A stretch of DNA of 10,886 nt, from positions 1 through 10,886 of the forward strand of contig BTVV01000171.1 of assembly GCA_045863855.1 (NCBI GenBank), written 5' to 3'. The translations under genes and the position numbers were made by a program. This stretch comes from Planctomycetota bacterium (GTDB lineage: Bacteria > Planctomycetota > SZUA-567 > H5-PLA8). Under the pieces are notes generated by a model that worked only from the letters and a program-made list of their open reading frames with translations, did no database searches and had not been told where the DNA came from. This document shows positions 6,779 to 10,886 of this stretch, one piece after another (the first letter of the stretch is position 1; each line of letters opens with the position of its first letter).

Positions 6779-6824
6779 CGAAGAGACTTTCAACGGCTCC
6801 CGGCGAGACGCCAATGCGTCCCGA

Positions 6825-6845
6825 AAGCCAAAATCCAAAATCGCA
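6825..6845. repeat. Degenerate heptamer tandem array (3 x 7 nt, AATCnnn)
   Basis: AAGCCAA AATCCAA AATCGCA, 15 nt past the stop of the 6861-7628 gene. Confidence 0.55.
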
Positions 6846-6860
6846 CTCCAACGTGCACGC

Positions 6861-7628
6861 CTACTTCGGCCAGTTCTTGAGTTCATCCGCGGCCATGCGG
6901 TCGTAGTCGGGGCGCATCTCTTTGCGCTTGTTGCAGTCGTAAAGCCGCCGCGCGACGGCCTGCTCCAGTTCGTCCACGGCCGCGTTGCGCTGCGCGGAAG
7001 GTACCTCCTCCAGCGCGCGCAGCGAGCGGTCGAAGTATTTGCCGGCGATGCGCACGTAAACCTGGACCTGCTGCTGCGCAGCGCTGGGGTCGGCCTTGGC
7101 GTAGGCGCGCGATCCGGTCTGGTAATCGAGGCGCGCCTGTTCGAGCTTCGAGGGCGGCGCGGTAGGCTTGCCGGGCGGGGTATCGGGCGGCTTGGGCGGC
7201 GGCGCGCTGGAGATCTGCTTCGACTCGTCCACCAGTTGGGTGATCTCTTCTTTCGTTTCGGGCGGCTTACCCTTCAGTTTCTCGCGCAGGCTGTCGAGCG
7301 TGTAGGTGAAGTACTCGCCGATTTTGCTCGCCGCTTCTTCCACCACGGGTTTGGCGGCTTGCGCGGCCTTGTCCATGTCGGCGGTCAATTCGCCGGCGGC
7401 TTTTTCGAGCCCCTTGCGGTCGCTGATGTCCACGGGCTTGCCGATGTAATAGCGATAGCCCAGCCATCCCGCGAGGGCGACGAAGACGAGGCCGATCAGC
7501 TTGAACAAGAAGCCGGTCTTTTTTGGCGGCGCGGCATGCTTGCGGCCTTCGGCGGTCTGCTTGCGCGCCTGATCGTCCTTTTGCGCGTATTCGCTGGGAC
7601 CGCGCGGGCGTTTAGGGGTGTCGGTCAT
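6861..7628 (-). CDS. Hypothetical single-pass membrane-anchored protein with Pro-rich linker and helical C-terminal domain, 255 aa
   Basis: Strong GGAGGT RBS before the ATG, host-like codon usage, basic N-terminus, TM segment FLFKLIGLVFVALAGWLGYRYYI, linker SAPPPKPPDTPPGKPTAPP. Confidence 0.85.
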   Translation of the reverse strand: MTDTPKRPRGPSEYAQKDDQARKQTAEGRKHAAPPKKTGFLFKLIGLVFVALAGWLGYRYYIGKPVDISDRKGLEKAAGELTADMDKAAQAAKPVVEEAASKIGEYFTYTLDSLREKLKGKPPETKEEITQLVDESKQISSAPPPKPPDTPPGKPTAPPSKLEQARLDYQTGSRAYAKADPSAAQQQVQVYVRIAGKYFDRSLRALEEVPSAQRNAAVDELEQAVARRLYDCNKRKEMRPDYDRMAADELKNWPK

Positions 7629-7687
7629 ACGGACCTCCCGGGCCGGCGGCCCGCGATGCCGGGAACCTAGGCGCGTGCGCGCCGTTG

Positions 7688-7715
7688 AATCCCCAATCGA
7701 AAGTCGGCAATCCTA
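7688..7715. repeat. Degenerate heptamer tandem array (4 x 7 nt, AATCnnn)
   Basis: AATCCCC AATCGAA AGTCGGC AATCCTA, 6 nt past the GH57 stop codon. Confidence 0.6.
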
Positions 7716-7721
7716 AAGGGC

Positions 7722-9308
7722 CTAGGTATAGACCCGGTAATCGATCTCGCCGAAGATATTGTCTTTCCACTCCAGTTCGCCGATCCACATCTCTTCCAAC
7801 CGGTTCTCGACGAGCTGCAAGTATAGCCCATTGAAGCGGTGCAGGTGGTCCTTGGTGCGCTTCTCGGCGTAGGCGACCATGGTGCCGGTAGTGATGATAA
7901 ACGCCCAGTCGCTGGCTTGCGCCAGGAGCAGTTCGCGCGCGGCCTGCTTGAGCGCGCGTTCCTGGAGCGGATTCGGGTGCGGGAAGCGCCGCGCCAGTTC
8001 CTGCATGCGCACTTCGGCGGCGTGCAGGTGCCGGTAGATCCAGTCGTTGCCGGCATTGAGCCAAACCTCGTAATAGCCCTTGTCGCCCCAGCTGCTGGCG
8101 CAAGGCTGGAGCTGCTGGTGGCGCGGGTGCTCGTCGAGGAAGCGGCCGGGCGTGCTGAGCACGATGTCGGACTGGTCGTAGACGGTCTTGCGCATCAGGT
8201 AATCGAGGAACATCGGCCCTTCGAACCACCAGTGCCCGAAAAGTTCCGCGTCGTAGGGGCTCACGATTACCGGCGGCGCGCCGAGCACGTCCTTCAGCCA
8301 TTTGGCCTGTTGCTGGCGGTTGTACATGAAGTTACCGGCGTGGCTGTCGGAGCGTTCGCGGGCCACCGACGGCTTATAGGGTTCCTTTGCGCCCAGTTCG
8401 ACGCGTCCGGTGATGCGGTGGTACTTGATCCCGATATTTCGCCGCACGCCGTCGTTATGCAGGAAAGGCCGGACGTACTCGTATGCCCCGTCGTAGCCCA
8501 TGTCGCGGTAGAACTCTCGGTAATTCGGATCGCCCGGATAGCCTTCGTCGCGGGACCAGACCTGCCGGCTGGACTCGACATCGCGCGCGAACGCTGCAAC
8601 GCCGTGCGGAGTGAAGACCGGCCGGAACGGGCCGTAGCGCGGGCGCGGCGTGCCGAAGGCCACGCCGTGCGTATCCATGAAGTAGTATTCGATGCCCGCC
8701 TCGCGCAGGAAGCGGTCGATCCCCGGCGCGTAGGCGCATTCGGGCAGCCAGATTCCGCGCGGCGAGCGTCCGAAATGCTTGCGGTAGTTCGCGGCGGCGA
8801 CTTGAATCTGCGCGCGCACGCCGCTTTCGGTGACCATCAGCGGCAAGAACCCATGCGTCGCGCCGCAGGTGATCACCTCGACGAGCCCGGCATCTTGATA
8901 GTGCCGGAAACCCTGGACGATGTTCTTGCCCCAGCGGTGCTCGAAGGTTTCGCGGCATTCGTTCAGGTGCCGCTGGTACATCTCCGTGGCTTCCTGGTAG
9001 GGCGTCCCGTGGGTGCGCTCCAGTTCCTTGACGATGAACTCCTGCTGCTTGGCCAGGTGCCGCAGGAAGCGGTCCTGCAGGAGCGGGTCGGCGAGCATTT
9101 CGCACAACGGCGGCGTCAGGCTCATGGTGAAACAGGCTTTGACGCCATCGCGCTCGAAACCGCCCAGCATGTTCAGGATCGGCAGGTAGGTCTCGCCGAT
9201 GGCCTCGTACAGCCAGTCTTCTTCGAGGAAGTCCTCATACTCCGGATGGCGCACGAACGGCAAATGCGCGTGGAGGACCATCATCAAGTAGCCTTGCGGG
9301 TCAGCCAT
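7722..9308 (-). CDS. Glycoside hydrolase family 57 1,4-alpha-glucan branching enzyme (DUF1957 C-terminal domain), 528 aa
   Basis: All five GH57 conserved regions in branching-enzyme form: HAHLP, EVITCGATHG, WLPECAY (nucleophile Glu followed by Cys), PYDAELFGHWW (acid/base Asp) and AQASDWAF. GAAGGA lies upstream. Confidence 0.95.
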   Translation of the reverse strand: MADPQGYLMMVLHAHLPFVRHPEYEDFLEEDWLYEAIGETYLPILNMLGGFERDGVKACFTMSLTPPLCEMLADPLLQDRFLRHLAKQQEFIVKELERTHGTPYQEATEMYQRHLNECRETFEHRWGKNIVQGFRHYQDAGLVEVITCGATHGFLPLMVTESGVRAQIQVAAANYRKHFGRSPRGIWLPECAYAPGIDRFLREAGIEYYFMDTHGVAFGTPRPRYGPFRPVFTPHGVAAFARDVESSRQVWSRDEGYPGDPNYREFYRDMGYDGAYEYVRPFLHNDGVRRNIGIKYHRITGRVELGAKEPYKPSVARERSDSHAGNFMYNRQQQAKWLKDVLGAPPVIVSPYDAELFGHWWFEGPMFLDYLMRKTVYDQSDIVLSTPGRFLDEHPRHQQLQPCASSWGDKGYYEVWLNAGNDWIYRHLHAAEVRMQELARRFPHPNPLQERALKQAARELLLAQASDWAFIITTGTMVAYAEKRTKDHLHRFNGLYLQLVENRLEEMWIGELEWKDNIFGEIDYRVYT

Positions 9309-9359
9309 CGGGGGCGATTCCTTCGCACGGATGAGCGGTGGGCGAAACAGGAACGGACA

Positions 9360-10223
9360 TTAGGCCGATCCCTCGCGCAAGGGCGGCGGCGGAGGCGCCA
9401 TGCCGGAGAAGAGCGCCCCTGCGCGAGGATGCTCCATGCGCTGGAACTGCATCACCTGCTCGCTGCCCGACGAACCCGGCGCCGCCTCGAGCTGCAAATC
9501 CAGGCCGCCGGCGGTCAGGAGCGCTTCGAGGTCGCGCTTGCGCACCATCCAGCGTTCGTCCGAAAGCGGACTGACCGTGCCGGAGGGCGTTTGCACTTCG
9601 GCGCTGGCGCAGAGCGCCGTGAAGACGCCGTCGGGCGTGTAAAACCCCAGTTCGATGCGGTAGCGGCCTTCCGGAGCCACGCGCAGATACCAGTTTCCGG
9701 CATCGCGGTCGATGTCCACCACGCGCGGCGCGAACCGCGGCGTCGCGTGCACGCGCAAGGCCCAGCGCGCATCGTCGACGACATGCTGGCTGTATTGAAA
9801 ACGCACGCGCTCCAGCGCCCCGCCGCTGAGTTCCCAGTACACGTATAGCCATTGCGGGTCGCGCACCAGCGCCACCACCCGGTCCATTCCGTACTGCTCG
9901 GGAATCGGCAGGCCGCGGTCCACGAAACCATCCGGCTCCGGCCACGGGGGCGGGACGGGCGGCGGAGCGGCTTCGAGGTCGACCACCGGCTGAGCGCGTT
10001 CGGCGGCTTCCAGGTCCGGCACCGGATGCTCCGCCAGCGACGGCAGACCCGAAAGCACCAGCGCGCGCTCGGCGGCATTGCGCTGTTCGTCGCGTGAGGG
10101 CGGGCGGACGCGTTTCGGCGGCCCCGACGGACCGCTCGCGGCCGCCGCAGCCGGCACGGCGCCGCGCTTGGCCGTTTTTTCCGGCTTGTCCGAACGAGAC
10201 GATCGCGAGCGGGAGGAGGCCAT
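9360..10223 (-). CDS. DUF4912 domain-containing protein with low-complexity N-terminus, about 287 aa
   Basis: IPEQYGMDRVVALVRDPQWLYVYWELS...NWYLRV...YRIELGF...SAEVQTP is the DUF4912 pattern, followed by a GSSGS-containing tail. Start placed at ATG 10223 (MASSRSRSS); the track's TTG at 10313 is less likely. Confidence 0.88.
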   Translation of the reverse strand: MASSRSRSSRSDKPEKTAKRGAVPAAAAASGPSGPPKRVRPPSRDEQRNAAERALVLSGLPSLAEHPVPDLEAAERAQPVVDLEAAPPPVPPPWPEPDGFVDRGLPIPEQYGMDRVVALVRDPQWLYVYWELSGGALERVRFQYSQHVVDDARWALRVHATPRFAPRVVDIDRDAGNWYLRVAPEGRYRIELGFYTPDGVFTALCASAEVQTPSGTVSPLSDERWMVRKRDLEALLTAGGLDLQLEAAPGSSGSEQVMQFQRMEHPRAGALFSGMAPPPPPLREGSA

Positions 10224-10352
10224 GGCAACCCTGGGCCCAATTTGGGAATTCCAGCCTTCGATGGATACGTGATCCTGTGGCAATCGGCAAGTTGGTTTGA
10301 GGTCGAATGACAAAGGTTAAGCACAGGCCGGGGAACGAAATACCGAAAGGTG

Positions 10353-10408
10353 GTGATTCGTGAACAGCGAGTGGCGGATAGTGAGCACGAGGCGGTGAAT
10401 CGTGAACA
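10353..10408. repeat. Degenerate heptamer tandem array (8 x 7 nt, consensus GTGAnnn)
   Basis: GTGATTC GTGAACA GCGAGTG GCGGATA GTGAGCA CGAGGCG GTGAATC GTGAACA. It includes a 14/15-identical direct repeat GGTGAWTCGTGAACA at 10352-10366 and 10394-10408. Confidence 0.75.
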
Positions 10409-10438
10409 TCCGCCGCGCGACTCGAGCGTTTCTGGCCC

Positions 10439-10886
10439 TCACAGCCAGTAGCGGAACTGGTACATCAGGCTTTCCCAAAGCAGCTTCTTCAGGGGCCGCG
10501 CTTCGTGATCCGCGAGCGTCAGCTCTCGGCAGCGCGCCATATCGGCCCGCGTCTGATCGCGCAGCGCGCGCACGAACGGAGCCTCCGTCGTCACCGCCAC
10601 GGCTTCCAACTGGTGAAAGAGGCTGCGGTGGTCGATGTTGTAGCTACCCACCAGCGCCCATGCATCGTCGATGGCGGCCGTCTTCGCGTGGAGCATGCTG
10701 CCCGGCCACTCGAAGAGCCGCACGCCGTGGTCGAGCAGTTCGCTGTACAGCGCGCGTCCGGCCGCCGCCGCGATCTCCACGTCGCTGTGCTGCGCCACGA
10801 CTACGCCCACGGCTACCCCGCGCTTGGCCGCCGCGTACAACGCCCGCCGGATGCCCCGGTCGGGGATGAAGTATGCATTCTCGATC
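10439..10886 (-). CDS. cls: Cardiolipin synthase / phospholipase D family, C-terminal HKD domain (ClsB-like; 5' end beyond the right edge)
   Basis: The frame is open to the window edge: IENAYFIPDRGIRRALYAAAKRGV...LYSELLDHGVRLFEW...MLHAKTAAIDDAWALVGSYNIDHRS, containing the HxKxxxxD-x6-GSxN motif. Confidence 0.92.
   Translation of the reverse strand, partial: IENAYFIPDRGIRRALYAAAKRGVAVGVVVAQHSDVEIAAAAGRALYSELLDHGVRLFEWPGSMLHAKTAAIDDAWALVGSYNIDHRSLFHQLEAVAVTTEAPFVRALRDQTRADMARCRELTLADHEARPLKKLLWESLMYQFRYWL

Noticed and set aside
6360..7670. 436-aa plus-strand ORF spanning the convergent junction
   Set aside because: Out of frame with S2P and antisense to 6861-7628. It is Arg/Gly-rich with no recognisable domain.
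7839..9848. 669-aa plus-strand ORF
   Set aside because: Antisense shadow of the GH57 and DUF4912 genes, which carry clear family motifs.
9301..10290. 329-aa alternative-frame minus ORF whose stop overlaps the GH57 start
   Set aside because: Arg/Ala/Gly-rich off-frame translation of the DUF4912 gene. There is no evidence of a frameshift or dual coding.
10352..10408. Possible mini-CRISPR (two 15-nt repeats with a 27-nt spacer)
   Set aside because: The repeats are too short, there are only two copies, the spacer is itself periodic, and there are no cas genes.
1..10886. Whole window as a single lipid/envelope/glucan system
   Set aside because: There are at least three transcription units on opposing strands with unrelated functions and no shared regulatory motif. 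It is more parsimoniously a mosaic of small operons.

Overview
High-GC bacterial chromosomal window, probably from a PVC-superphylum (Planctomycetota-like) organism, inferred from a Minf_1886-type protein and the kinase architecture. Ten supportable CDSs. Left, minus-strand cluster: Minf_1886-like protein, AMP-forming acyl-CoA/acyl-ACP synthetase, DUSP23-like CX5R phosphatase, and a Hanks-type Ser/Thr kinase that is missing from the ORF track and truncated at the left edge. Middle, plus strand: a lower-GC secreted protein with two apparent CBM11/CIA30-like beta-sandwich repeats, then a site-2 (M50) protease fused to C-terminal TPRs. Right, minus strand: cardiolipin synthase/PLD (truncated at the right edge), DUF4912 protein, GH57 glucan branching enzyme and a membrane-anchored hypothetical protein. 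No RNA genes, CRISPR arrays or mobile elements were seen. The most notable points are the translationally coupled CX5R phosphatase/kinase pair with a degenerate MshEN-like N-terminus, the S2P-TPR fusion beside the tandem-CBM secreted protein, and degenerate 7-nt-period arrays just after three stop codons. All family calls are from motif recognition, not database searches, and no wholly new system can be demonstrated from sequence alone.
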